Positions 26,027 through 40,300 of a DNA stretch of 64,000 nucleotides are shown here, piece after piece. Origin of the DNA: Chrysomallon squamiferum (Eukaryota > Animalia > Mollusca); contig CM022671.1 of NCBI GenBank assembly GCA_012295275.1, positions 36,704,001-36,768,000 on the forward strand, written 5' to 3'. The position numbers and the translations under genes are program-made. The notes beneath the pieces were generated by a model. That model ran no database searches, was not told where the DNA came from, and saw only the letters and a program-made list of their open reading frames with translations. Within the stretch, counting starts at the first letter, position 1, and every line of letters starts with the position of its first letter.

Positions 26027-29000
26027 GTGATGATGATGATGATGAAGAAGATGATGATGATGCATTGTGATCTATGATTTCACTGTTTTGACTGCTGTTT
26101 AAAAACTGATGTTATTAGATTATGTAGGCAAACAGCTGTGAGTGTAAAATAAACAAGATTTCTGCATAATGTACAAATAAAACCAGTCAGAATAACAGTG
26201 TTAATTTAGCAATTTTCTATACAAAGCAAAAGACTGGAAATGTAAGATCTCAGTCTGTATATATGTTATTTCAAATAATAAAATTTAAAAATAAATCACT
26301 CTAAAGAAGACTCAGTTTATTTATACTGGTTGTAGATTTGAAGAAAAAGATATTGGTAGTCAAAATAAAATCTGTTCTATCTTCTTAAAATATCTAGAAA
26401 TGCTATATTGGTCAAAGTTTGGGAGTGGTATGTAAATACATTGTGCATTTTTAATAAAATATTCACTGTTGGAATCAAAGACATCTGGAACACTAAGACT
26501 CAGTTAGAATCTATATATTACATGTTACCAAGGTAACGTCAGACAATTATTGATAAACAAGACAATTAACAGACAAGTGATCCTGTAAAGGTTACAGAGA
26601 AATATTAATTGTAAAATATCTCTAGCTAATGTCAACCTCACTGGCAGTTTTACATTAGATAAAATGTTTTTACACTAAATATTAATATATTTTTACACTA
26701 AATATTAAGATGGTTTTATACAGTGATGTTCAGATACTTTAATATTAAATGTTAAGATGTTTTTACACTAAATATTAAGATGTTTTCACCTTGTTAGGAT
26801 ACTGAGCACTAAAAGTTTAGATATTAACATTTTCAGAATAAAACTATAGAAGTAAATCTGTCTGCACATGTCAATATGTCTATCAGTTCTGTTAAAAACT
26901 GTTGTGTACAAACATGTCAGTTTGTCACTGCTGTTAAACACTGTAGACGTTAAAATGTTCATACAGACATTAAAACATTAATGCAGATATTAAAACATTA
27001 ATACAGACATTGAAACATTAACACAGACATCAACATGTTAACACATATTAACATGTTAATTCAGATATCAGGCTAATTTTAATTTATTGAAATAAAAGGT
27101 CTAGAATGTATTATTGGTTACAGTAATTAAGGTTTTGAAGGAGGAAAATGAGTAATACTGTAAAAATGAATCAGTATTATGGAACAAGGAACACAACATC
27201 ATGCAAATAATGATTGCATTATCTAGTACAGTTTCTCTGAAATAATGCCTACATTGAAAATATGGCTGAATGAATCTAAGGAAAGTTACTTTGACATTTA
27301 TTATTTCTCAACACAAATTTTAGTTCCATAACATGCTATATTTGTCAAACATTATTTCTTATTATTGACATGTTTAAGACAGATATGTAGACAGTTTTTA
27401 GGGAGAGATGAAAACAAAATGATAATACTGTGGATATGCGACTGATTGTGAAACATTTTTTCCTCCAAAACTAGAAAAAACCAAATAATAATAAAATTAC
27501 TTTTGCATATATAGACAATGTAATAAACATGTTTTCCCATCATTCATTTCCCTGCCTGTCAGACTGTATGTTCTGTCTAAAAAATATCATGGTGTGTATT
27601 ACAGAAAAAATAAAACAATGATCTAACTGTTGATGTGATCTGCTGCATGCAGCATGTTGTCTGTTTCTCTAAGTTTTCTCACCATTCTTTGTCTTCACTG
27701 TCCTTTCTGTCAACACAAGTCACCCTGACTTGTTCAATTGCTATCTATTTAAACATTTAATACTTCCACTTTGGTACATGAATGACAGAAAACAACAACA
27801 AAAAAAAAAAAGTAAAAAATAAAAAGTGAAAACATTAATAAACATGTTTCATAGAAAATGTATTTTGAACAACTACTACCTCTAGAGTAACGTTGTAAAA
27901 TAAACATTTCTTGTTTTTACAGAAAAGACCAAAACAAAAAACAATTAGTCATTTTCAATTCCCTAATACATATTAGTGCTACACAAACACCATTATGTAC
28001 ATCTGACACTGTCCAGCTAGTGAGTTACATGAAAACTTCACACCTGATGGTAAAAGAATTCAGCTGCCAAGTGACATGAAGTGGTATGAAAAAACAAAAT
28101 TTTAACAACACAAGATTTTACTACATTTTTGTCAGTTCAAAGGTGAGCTGAGAGTGTGAAATACTCTGGCTCTGTTCTCCAGTGTTTGTCACTGTGTTGT
28201 CTGTGACAGCCTGCAAACTTATTTCAAACATTTCACAAGACAGTCTTTCACTGCAGTTTGCCCTTTCAGAGACTGCAAGAGACTGCACACTGGTATTACA
28301 TGTTTCCGTGGACAGTCTGCTGCCATGAACGTCACAGTGAGAAAAACTGTGGATGTTGGTTTTGAATATTTCTGTGTTACTAGACTCAGAACAACACACA
28401 CGCGACACAGGTCTGTGTCGTGACTTCTGCACAATGTGAGACACACGTCTTTTCAAGCTCTTCATAACTTCATTAATCTGAACAGTTCTGTAGCCGTGAA
28501 CAACTGCACTGATGAAGGACTTGACAAGAAACACAGGTATGAAGTAGACAATGTTAACATCACCTGCAACATCACCAGCAAGAACACACACGCTGCAGTA
28601 GAAAGCAAAATACACAAACAGTGGAATGTAACACACAGCTAGTAGACAGACATCAATGAAAGAAGTGACAACAAGCCGATGATAGTTATGAAAATTTGAA
28701 TTTGGAACAAAGTGACTCTTGGATATGATTAAAGTGATGTGTCGTTTGACAAAGACCAGTGTGACACAATTTAAAGCCATGACAACAAGATGGAAAATGA
28801 CGATAAAGAGGAGATAATTCCACGAGTAATACAAGAAAAATCTCTCAACATATGATCTCTCCTGCCATCCAACTTGTGGCAGAAAGCCGATGATGAAAGA
28901 AATGTTCCACAGCATCACCATCACAGTGATCATGTTCTTCTTGTCGAAGTGCTGGATGCAGCGCAGTGGCTGACTCAGTCTGATGTAGCAGTCACAGTTG

Positions 29001-32000
29001 AGACACAACAGAGACAACACGTAGGCCAATGATGCTGTAACAAACAAACTTTCGGGTAAAAAGAAATCCACCAGCAAGTCATCAAGAAACATGTACATTA
29101 GCATCTTGAAGACAGCGTAGACACCGGTCATGACGTCACTCACACACAGATTACGTATCAACATCAGAGTAGGGCTCTGACCAGCACTGGTGAACTTTGA
29201 TGCAGTTAAGATGATCAAGTTGGCAGTCACTGTCATTAATGCCATTGTCATTATTATTATAACCTCCTCTTTAATGAGATGCTCAGGTAACTGGAGGTTG
29301 ATAGTGTTATTTGAAGAGTTAGTGGAGACATCACACATTTTGTTATTTATACAAGTCATGTTTTACATTCCAAACAGTGTATTTATTCACAAATACATCA
29401 TGTTTTACATTCCAAACAGTGTATTTATTCACAAATACATCATGTTATGTTTTATATTCCAAACAGTGTATTTATTCACAAATATTTATGTCACCAACAG
29501 TTTAAACTGATCTGCATTGTAATATTCATAACTCTAAATTTCATCATGTTTATTATGTAATATTCTCACATTTCTCAACATTTTAAAATATTTTTAACAC
29601 TTTCACTTTCCATCTTTCACAATTTTACCATTAGATCTATCTTTCTCTAATTACCATTTAGACATTTCACAGATTTATAATCAAACACACACACAGAATT
29701 CCTTATTACATCCCATCTCCAACATTTAACCATCTACTGTTCAATATCCAAACACCTCAGTCAACATTGCAAGTATTTATTCAGTGTAAATATTCCATTT
29801 ATTTATCTCTCACTTCAAGCATTATAAAAAATATTGGTTTGCATGGTAAAATCCGATAGGCCAACTTCACAGCAGAGTGATAAATGTGACATAAAACCAC
29901 ACCCACCTGTGTTAACACACTTTGTAACCACACTCTGAATCAGTCACCTGTTTATAATTCACTTTTCATATACAATTCATTATAGTAATTTTATATATTA
30001 TTTGTGATAATCACCTTTGATAATTTTCAGCATATCAGCCTAATTCATTTCATGTTTTGTAAAATCAATGAAATAAAAGCTTACTCTCTGAATACTCCTC
30101 ACATTATTTTGTTGTATTTAACATAAAACTGAAATGTTAGAAAAGGATAACAATACTACATGTGTGATATATATGGCATGCTTTGTTGTTAGATAAAACT
30201 TGATAGATCTGAGTAAATTACTGTGAATACCTGTTTGTTTCTGATTTAAGTGAGATTATTAAATCTTTGCAAAACATTTTTTATTGTTTCTATCACAAAG
30301 AAACAATAAACTTCTGTCTTCATTTCTGACAAATAAATCATCTTAAACAGTTGTTAAAACACTGAAACAAGCTGTGTAGTCAAACATGCACCATACTCAG
30401 AACAAAATGCCCATACTACTTGCACACTTCACTCTCACACACACAACTCACACTCGCATATACAGACACATTCAAACACACACACACACACAACACACAA
30501 ATACACACACAAACATACTCAACTTACACACATTATCATACTTATGAACACTCTTATATAATCACTCACATACACTCATACAAATAGTCACACATACATG
30601 CTCTCTCACACACACACACACATGCATGCACGCTCAAACACACACATACAAAGATGTGGCCTCAGGCAGTGCCATCTGATAGGTGATTCACTCAGTACTA
30701 TGTAGCTAGGTTTATAAACAAGTCCTTAAACCATTCACATCAAAAGTTGTGGTTATTAACATTTTTCCATCCATCAGTTTGTTGCAATCACTTATACGAT
30801 GAACATACATACATATGTACTGGCAAAATATAAATATCAACATCTAGAAAAAAAAAAATAAAAAAAAAAATAGTTGCTATATAATAAAATTTCAGTAAAC
30901 TTTTCGCAATCTAATATTCTATTTCATATAGTTTTACTGGGTATGAATGTAGAATGTTTTGGCCATTTCAGTAAGTTTGAGTTTTTCTTCCAGCTTTTGA
31001 TTTGTATATGTCTATGATCTGTGTGTCTCTACATGCCTGTGTGTATTTACATGTGTGTATGTGTGAGTGTATGTGTGTGTGTGAGTGTATATATTTGTGT
31101 TGGTATGGGTGGGGATGTCTGGGTGTGTGTCACATTCATGTGTCCAGTCAACTGAAAGTGGTAACATTCTGCTGCTCTAAGCTACCTACCTCATTTGTAT
31201 AAAAGCCAAGTTTGCTGTAATAAAGTGACAGCATTACTGATCAAAGTTCTATTACAACACTGTTTAGTCTCATTTAAATGTAGATCACATTCACAACACA
31301 ATGCACATTTAACAATTTATGAAAAATTCAATACATGACACAAGTATAATTAATAAATCAGAGAAGTAAAGCAACACACAAAAGATAAAACCAGGTTGAG
31401 TAGTATATGGAAATAACTAACACAAGATGATGGTCTACAAATACATCACAGTACATGAAAACACCTAACACAAAGTGGTGGTCTACATCACAGTACGTGA
31501 AAACAAAAACTCCTAACACAAGGTGGTGGTCTACAAGTACACTGCAGATACCACAATGGTGTTTTCTTATCACAAACTAGTTAACAGTTTAACAGGAAAA
31601 TGTTGATGTTATCAAACATATAGTAACTATTTAGTGGAACTTCAGTGCATGTACTATCTGTAGTTTAATAATTCAACTTGAAACAAAAAATGTCAATGTG
31701 AATGATGTGACAAATTTGGTATTAAATTAGCTGCTGTATAACCTCCAAATTAAACCTTCCACTTGCATCATCAGACAATTTGTCAAAATTCAGTCAACCA
31801 TGAAATTTGTTTTAATCTACTGAATTTATTCTAAGATATCACATTAATTAACAAATATTGTTATAAAATAAAACAGCCTTGAGAATGCTTTAGTCTTACT
31901 ATCAGTGTTTCATCAATACATTAAAGATTGAAGAGAAAAAAATGTAAACAATATAACATCATAAACATTAAGTTTATATTACTAATACACCTATAATATT

Positions 32001-34271
32001 ATAAAGATGAAATTATTGATTATTAATATACCTGTACCATTATAAAGGTAAAATTATTTATTCCTAATATATCTTTAACATTATATACGTGAAATTATTA
32101 TTAATAAACCTTTAACATTATATACGTGAAATTATTTGTTACTAATATACCTGTAACATTAAAAAGGTGAAGATATTTATTACTAATAAAACTAACATTA
32201 TAAAGGAGAAAATATTTATTACTAATACAACTGTAACATTATAAAGCTGAAATTATTCATGAATTAACTGTACCATTATAAAGTGAAATTATTTATTACT
32301 AATATACCTGTAAGATAGAAGGAAAGTGATTATTACTAAAATAAATTGTAAGTTATGTTCTGGAAAGTAAATACAAATTTAGTAGTAAAAGCTAGACTCA
32401 ACAAATTAATGTGATTGTAACAAATCATTTAAAATGTGAATATTGTGAGTATATCTGAATTACTTACTCAGCCTCATTTTAACAGCTGTATAAAATACCA
32501 CTTACAAAGTGTGTCTTTAAAATACTTTTGTCCTTATTATAACAGCTGTATAAATACCATTTAGAAAGTTTGTCCCTCTTTAAAATACTGTTGTCTTTGT
32601 TATAACAGCTGTATAAAATACCACTTAGAAAGTGTTTCTCTTTAAAATAATTATAACACCTGTATAAAATATCACTTAGAAAGTGTCCCTCTTTAAAATA
32701 TTGTTGTCTTTCATGACTTACGTACGACTTTCAGAAAACAATAGATAGAACACATTATGTGTTTCTTCTTCCATCAACTTCATGGTTGATTTACTCTGGG
32801 TCAGTATAGGTTCAGTTTTACTCATTTGTAAATGACAGAAGACAACAGTGATGATACTAGCTAACACACAAAATAGTGATCATACTAGCTAACACATAAA
32901 ACAATGATCATACTAGCTAACACAAAACAGTGATGATATTAGCTAACACACAAAACAGTGATCATACTCGCTAACACACAAAACAGTGATATTACTAGTT
33001 AACACACAAAACAGTGATCATACTAGCTAACACATAAAACAATGATCATACTAGTTAACACAAAACAGTGATGATATTAGCTAACACACAAAACAGTGAT
33101 CATACAAGCTAACACATAAAACAATGATGATACTAGGTAATACACAAAACGATGATACTAGCTAACACAAAAAAGCGATGATACTAACATAGAAAACAGT
33201 GATGATACTAGCTAATACACAAAACAGTGATGATACTTGATAACACAAAACAGTGATGATACTAGATATCACAAAACAGCGATGATACTAGATAACACAA
33301 AACAGTGATGATACTAGATAACACAAAACAGTGATGATACTAGCTAACACAAAACAGTGATGATACTAGATAACACAAAACAGTGATGATACTAGCTAAC
33401 ACAAAACAGTGATGATACTAGCTAACACAAAACTGATGATACTAGCTAACACACAAAACAGTGATATTACTAGCTAACACACAAAACAGTGATGAAACTA
33501 GCTAACACACAAAACAGTGATATTACTAGCTAACACACGGAAGAGTGATGATACTAGCTAACACAAAAGTGATGATACTAGCTAACACACAAAACAGTGA
33601 TGATACTAGCTAACACAAAACAGTGATGATACTAGATAACACAAAACAGTGATGATACTAGCTAACACACAAAACAGTGATGATACTAGCTAACACAAAA
33701 CTGATGATACTAGCTAACACACAAAACAGTGATATTACTAGCTAACACACAAAACAGTGATATTACTAGCTAACACACAAAACAGTGATGATACTAGCTA
33801 ACACACAAAACAGTGATATTACTAGCTAACACACAAAACAGTAATGATACTAGATAACACAAAACAGTAATGATACTAGCTAACACAAAACAGTGATGAT
33901 ACTAGATAACACACAAAACAATGATCATACCAGCTAACACAAAACAGTGATGTTTCTAGCTAACACAAAGTACTCAGATTTACTTTGAGAATCCATCATT
34001 AACACTAATTTGTTTTCTACGCACTCTATCATTAAATTATAAAGTTCGTTATTTGAGATTATTTTTTGTCCCACAAATAGGCCATAATATCAAGGGTATC
34101 TGCTGTTTATGGTGGACTGGAAGTGGACAGCTGCCATTAACAGCCTATTAACACAGCAGGTGTCCACACTGACATAAACATCACTAGCAAGTGACAGTGT
34201 TCACTTCTGATCAATACTCTTCTTATTACTTTTTCTACTTGTACACCATAACCAAGTCATAACAAAATAAA

Positions 34272-34321
<50 letters not shown>

Positions 34322-37300
34322 CAGCAACAGTAGTTGCAGTAGTAGTAGAAGTAGTAACAAATACTGCACTTTTGTTTCAATATTTAAAATCACATGAAAG
34401 TTAATTCATGGAATATTACAAAATACAAACTTAGCTGTCTCCCATTTCTATACATTTAGTTTACAAAACACTGAGAATTTATTATGATTTCTTTATTAGT
34501 TTTTGAAATATTTCCATTTTAGTTGATACACAAATGTTGTGGAAATTTATAAGAACATTTTTTCTGGGTAAAAAAATCACGAAATATTATAAAATTAAAT
34601 AAAAAGTTTAACGATCTTAACACATGTATCAAGTGATTATGAGTTTGTATTAAGGTTATGTGACATTTGTAATTAAATATATCTGTACAGTTAAAAAGAT
34701 TAATAAATAGAAGCAATATGTTCTTATTAGTATTTTCCCTTAATGCTTTCACAAAGAATAACCGATCAGATGTGGTTTACAAATAAATTGACAAGTGATA
34801 CTCATGTTGGCTAATTTATCAATAAAATAGAACTGCTATTCCAATTTAATTGTTGATATTTTCACTTGAAAGGTAATAAATAAGAACATTTACGGATATG
34901 GTTTTACTTTTATTCTTACATAGTATGAAGTGAAACTGCAAAGGAAAAATATCTTTTAATAAGGTTTGTACTCAAAGAATCACCTTGACATTGCTAATAA
35001 CATGACCTATTTCTGAGAATGTCTTACTTTGAATACAGCTAAAATAGCAAGTACTTCTGTTATTATGATAAAGACTAGTTAAAACAGCAAGAATAATCAT
35101 TTTGTCCTTTTTATTGTCCTTTTAATATACAAACTGAATCATCATGTGTAAGACATGTACAGAACAGATAGTCAATGAAATAAAAAGAAAACATTATTTT
35201 AAAAGGGAGATAATCTAGATTAAACCAAGCTTCTACCAGCAGCCATGGCCTGCCTGTATCTAAATAAAACCTGACAACAATTTAAGCATTTATAACATAA
35301 ACCAAAGATCAAACAAATTTAAATGACTCACTGTATCCCACTGTGGCAACTCCAGCATCATCAACATCAACATTGTAGCTGTTTCTCACTGACATGAAGT
35401 CTTCAGCCATGGGATTCCATTCTGAATCAATATCATCATCAGCGATACAATCATCTGTAATAACGTGAACACAAAGAAACCTTGAAATCACTGAAACTGT
35501 GAATCAAATTACCAAAACATCACAGTTGAAGGAAGTATCACACAGAAAACACAGGCTATGAATAAAGTCAGAGAAAAATAAAACTTTTATTTTGCTCTGC
35601 AGTCTTACTGTAATACATTATTTTAATGTCACTACAACTTACTATTAAAATTAAATATCAAATATAACCAAAGCTATGTGGCTTTCTAAGTTCCAAGAAA
35701 CATTTTGTAGAGTAACTGCTCACAAAAATATATATTTTCTTTTTTGGTCCTGACATATTTCAGCTTAAACTAATTTTAATTCTACATATGTATCTATTAT
35801 TCTCTGACAGAATGCTTCTCAATATTCTTGATTCTCGATATTTCTTGTTAATGTTTCCTTCTGTAACTATGAATGAAAATGCACAGGATACATTCTGTGA
35901 GACAATAAGCAATACTGTGTATGAAGGCTTACAGGATACATTCTGTGAGACAGTATCAAAAATTCTATGCATGAAGACCTGGACTGGATACAATCTGTGA
36001 GACAATAAGTAACACTGACATTATGTAATGTTTTATTTTATTCTTTAAATTAATGATGAGCTTAAAAATGTGTAATGTTACATATTTTCTCTAAATTAAT
36101 GAGGTATTTAACATAACGTGTAATGCAGGAAGGTTACCTGTGTCTGGAACGTGTAACTCTGCCAGGCCACAACTGATCAGTTCTAAGTTGACACAAATCT
36201 CTTCATCAGTGCTGTCATCTGTGAGGTACACCTCTGCTGCTTCTGTCTGTGCTTGACAACTGCTGAAATAAACACATCAAAAATGTAAATGTTTTATCTT
36301 TATTAGTGTTGCACACCTGATCAATTATCTTCTCTAGTCATATGTTAATCAGTATTGCATTATGTTAATCCAAGTTTGACAATATTTATATAAACCTTTT
36401 ACTATTTGAGTTTTATATTTGTTGTTTAAGTTTACAAAGACATATTTTCACACACCTGTTATGGTGAAATGTTCCCGTAAGAAACCACAGTCTGAGTGTT
36501 TTACTGGTCTGTGTGAGTTGTTTAAACACATCGGTTACTTGCTGAGACCACTGCCTGACAGACACTGCAGAACCTTGTTCTTCTCCACCCAGTGGAACAA
36601 TGTCAGCCAGAGAACACCACACAGCAAGTGGAGGAATCTTGACAAATTCATCTGGCAGAGGATACACCTTGTTTCTAGGTAACCACTCACAGTCTCCAAA
36701 ATCCACATACAACACCTTGACTTTCGTTATACATGCTTCAATAACAGTTTGAACAAAATCATCTGTTGCTATTTCTTTTTCACTGGAATTTTCAGTTGCT
36801 GTTGGATTAGATATGTTTTGCTTTGGCTTTTCAGCAACCATTTCGTTAGAGCATTTGTCAGAAGCAAACTCTATACTGACAATCTGTGTTCTGTAATAAC
36901 AGCCATCTTCTGAAAATTCAGCACAGCACATACCATTCACTATGGGTGTTAGCTGTGTGCTCAGTGTAGTGAGACATTTCTCTGAGTATTTCTCAAACTG
37001 CTCATTTAACTTTTTTGTCAGATCTTCCAAATTTCTGCCTGTTTCCACAGTCAAACAGTGGACATAGAAGTCACTGGGTGAATTGATGTGCGATACTGAA
37101 ATATCAAAATATCTGTCACCCCTGTTTTTCACACTATCACCATTTACCATCACATGATCAGTCTGTAACACCGATTCAGTAAAGACAGAGTTTTTGTTTT
37201 TACTGTTACACAGATTATTTTCACGTCCACCAACCTTATTTTCTCTCTTCATAACATTATCAAGTTTATTTTCCTTCATAGTTTTATCATCCTGGTTTAT

Positions 37301-40300
37301 GTTTGTACAACTTGAATACTTATCATCCTGGTTTATGTTTGTACAACTTGAATATTTATCATCCTGGTTTATGTTTGTACAACTTGTATATTTATTATTC
37401 TGATTTATGTTTGTACAACTTGTATATTTATCATTCTGGTTTATGTTTGCATAGCTTGTATATTTATCATCCTGGTTTGTGTTTGTACTACTTGTATATT
37501 TATCATCCTGGTTTATATTTGTATAAGTTGTATATTTATCATCCTGGTTTGTGTTTGTACTACTTGTATATTTATCATTGTGATCTGACTGATAACAAGG
37601 GTGTGTAACACAAATTTCTTTATATTCAGATCTTTCTTCACTGGCTGGCTGCTGATTGTCACTTGAACTGACAGCAAACATCTCAGAGACATCTGGAATG
37701 TTGAAGAGTTTCTCAGTGCTGAAGCTATTCTCAGTCTGTCTGCTGAGCCCAGTTTGTACTGATGAATGTTTTGACTGTTTTCTCTCTGGTTGTCTCATCC
37801 TGTGATGTACTGAAGAAGCTTTACATTGACTCTGTATTTCCTTTCCATCATCCTCATTATTAACATTCCTACAAAAGTCTACATCTAAATCTGATTTGGG
37901 AGGTTTTATTAAATTTGTCTGTCTTTCATTTCTTGCATGCTTTTCCCAAGGTTGTGTAGCTGTCTGTGCAATTACATTTGTGTTTGGTTTTGTCTGTGTT
38001 GTGGAGGGGCTGAGTTCCACATCACCAAACAACTCTCTAAGTCTCTTCATCTGTTGTGACGCTGACACTGGTCTTGCAATGCCTTGTTTCAGAAGGATGT
38101 TGGAGACAGAAAGTTCACAGAGGTCCAGTTGATCTAATACTGGGATGTTCCAGAACAACATAACAATATAAGGAAATAGATCAGTCTTTGCTGAGGACAC
38201 TGGGTGAAGGAAGAGCTGCTGGCCCACAACACACGACCTAAAAGCCTGGATTTCATCTTCTGTCCAAACTCCCAACTTGTTGGCTGGTTCAATCTAAAAA
38301 TAGCCAACTTACTTGTTATCTGTCAACCATTAACAAAGTACTTCAGTGGCATAAACATCACAAATGATAATAATAATAATAAAAATAATTTGGTGATGTA
38401 TTTTATCTTGTATGAGATGTAACAAAGCATTGACTCTTTAAGGTATAAAAAGAAAATAAAATAATAAAATGAAAAGAAAAAATAAAGAATCAAAAACAAT
38501 TAAAATGATATCTGCTTTGAAATTCTGTTAAATTAGCCACATTAGGTTCCCCTACCCCAGACAGTGCACAGAACATGGCCTGAGCTGGAAGCAGACTGAA
38601 CTGTTCTGGTAGAGGTAAGACAGAAGTGATAGGTACATGACCAGTATTTCCAAAATCGACATAGAAGATCTCAGCTCTTCTGTCATCTTCAGATACTTTA
38701 ACAAATAAAACAAAAAAATAAACAATCTCATTGAATGACTTTGCTGAAAAACATCTACGTATAACTATAAAATTGACAATTTAACCTTATTTACAGATAT
38801 TGTTCTATTTAACAACTGATCAGTTTGATTTGTACATTGACTCATTAAATGTTGTGCTTATTCTAGCTGAAATTAAATTAAAATTTAAAAAAATACTAAC
38901 AATAAAAATAAAAATGTTCTGTATGCTGTAGCTCCAATGTTATTTTAATATTAATTCAAGTAAAATTCAAGTCAAGGTCAGAAACATTTAATAAATAGAA
39001 ATATTAACTACATATAATAAAACTGAATGCTTGTACAATTTGCTTTCCAGTTTGTACAATCTAATCCACAGGTTGCTGAAAACCAGGGTCTAAAGTTGAA
39101 TCCTGTCTCCCATTTCTGAACAAAAGTCCAAATTTTAAAGTGTGACATTTACTAAGTGTTGATCCAATGTATCATTTCACTCTTCCCACCCACAAAGAAC
39201 TAAAATACAAAGTGACTGATGGTTTGGGATTAAGCCCATTGGTTCGACACAGAATTAGCCTAGTGTTAACATAATGTCAAGAAGTCTGTTAAAATACAGA
39301 TAATACAGATAATGAAGTGATTTAACATTAAATTCTTACCACTATCAATATTGATGACTCTAGCTCGGTAGAACATTGGTGGATCTTCTTGCAGAAATGG
39401 AGCCAAGCACATCATTCCAAGTCGTATTTCCTCTGTGTTTGTGTTCATGGTAGACACACAGCGCCTGAAAAAATACATCATTGAGTAATGAAACAATCTA
39501 GTCAAGCTGGTTGTTCACATTAAAAAATAAAATTAAATATATAAACAAATGCATAAATATAAATACAACACACAACTCACATAACTCTCTGTGTAACATA
39601 AAAATAATATAACTTTGTGTAACATAAAATTAACACACAACTCACTGGGTAAAAAAAAATAACACAACTCACTGTATAAAATTAAAAAACACACCTCAGT
39701 GTTTAACATGAAAATAATACACAGTTCACTGTGTAACACAAAAATAACACAATTGATTGTGTAACACATAATAAATGTATAATAAAAACACAACAAATTA
39801 CTTACTGTATTTGATATTTAAGTACATCAAGCACCTCACTAACAGGCTGTACATAGAAAGACCAAGGTGTGTCCACTTCACTGACCATCACCCTGATGGT
39901 GACATTAGCTTCCAGCCGCAGAGGTTTCACAACTGATGTCTCCTGTCTCCAACTCACTGCTGAACCATTACCATCAACTGTTGAACCACTCACATCAACT
40001 ACTGAACTACTTACATCAAGTGTTGAACCATTATCGTCAACTGTTGAACTATTAACACTGTGCAGACTATCTGTGTGTTTCACATCAAGGAAGCTCACTG
40101 AAGACAAAGCTGAATTGTTCTTGTTGTTTGTTACTAAAGATCTGTTTGTAGAACTACTAGCCTGGTCCGAGAGATTTTTTTCAGATCTTTGACATGAATG
40201 CTTAATGGAATATTTTAAATCTAACTGAGGACTATCTCCATGTGGAACTGTGATCACTTTCTCTTCCTTGTGCTCCACAGTTTTAGATACAGAACAGTTT

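Noticed and set aside
32845-33970. Regular 26-28-bp array as a possible CRISPR or structured RNA array
   Set aside because: A contiguous degenerate minisatellite without spacers.
28121-35454. Tudor-GPCR fusion protein via alternative terminal exon
   Set aside because: I found no convincing in-frame acceptor at the GPCR start, and the Tudor exons on both sides splice in frame without it.
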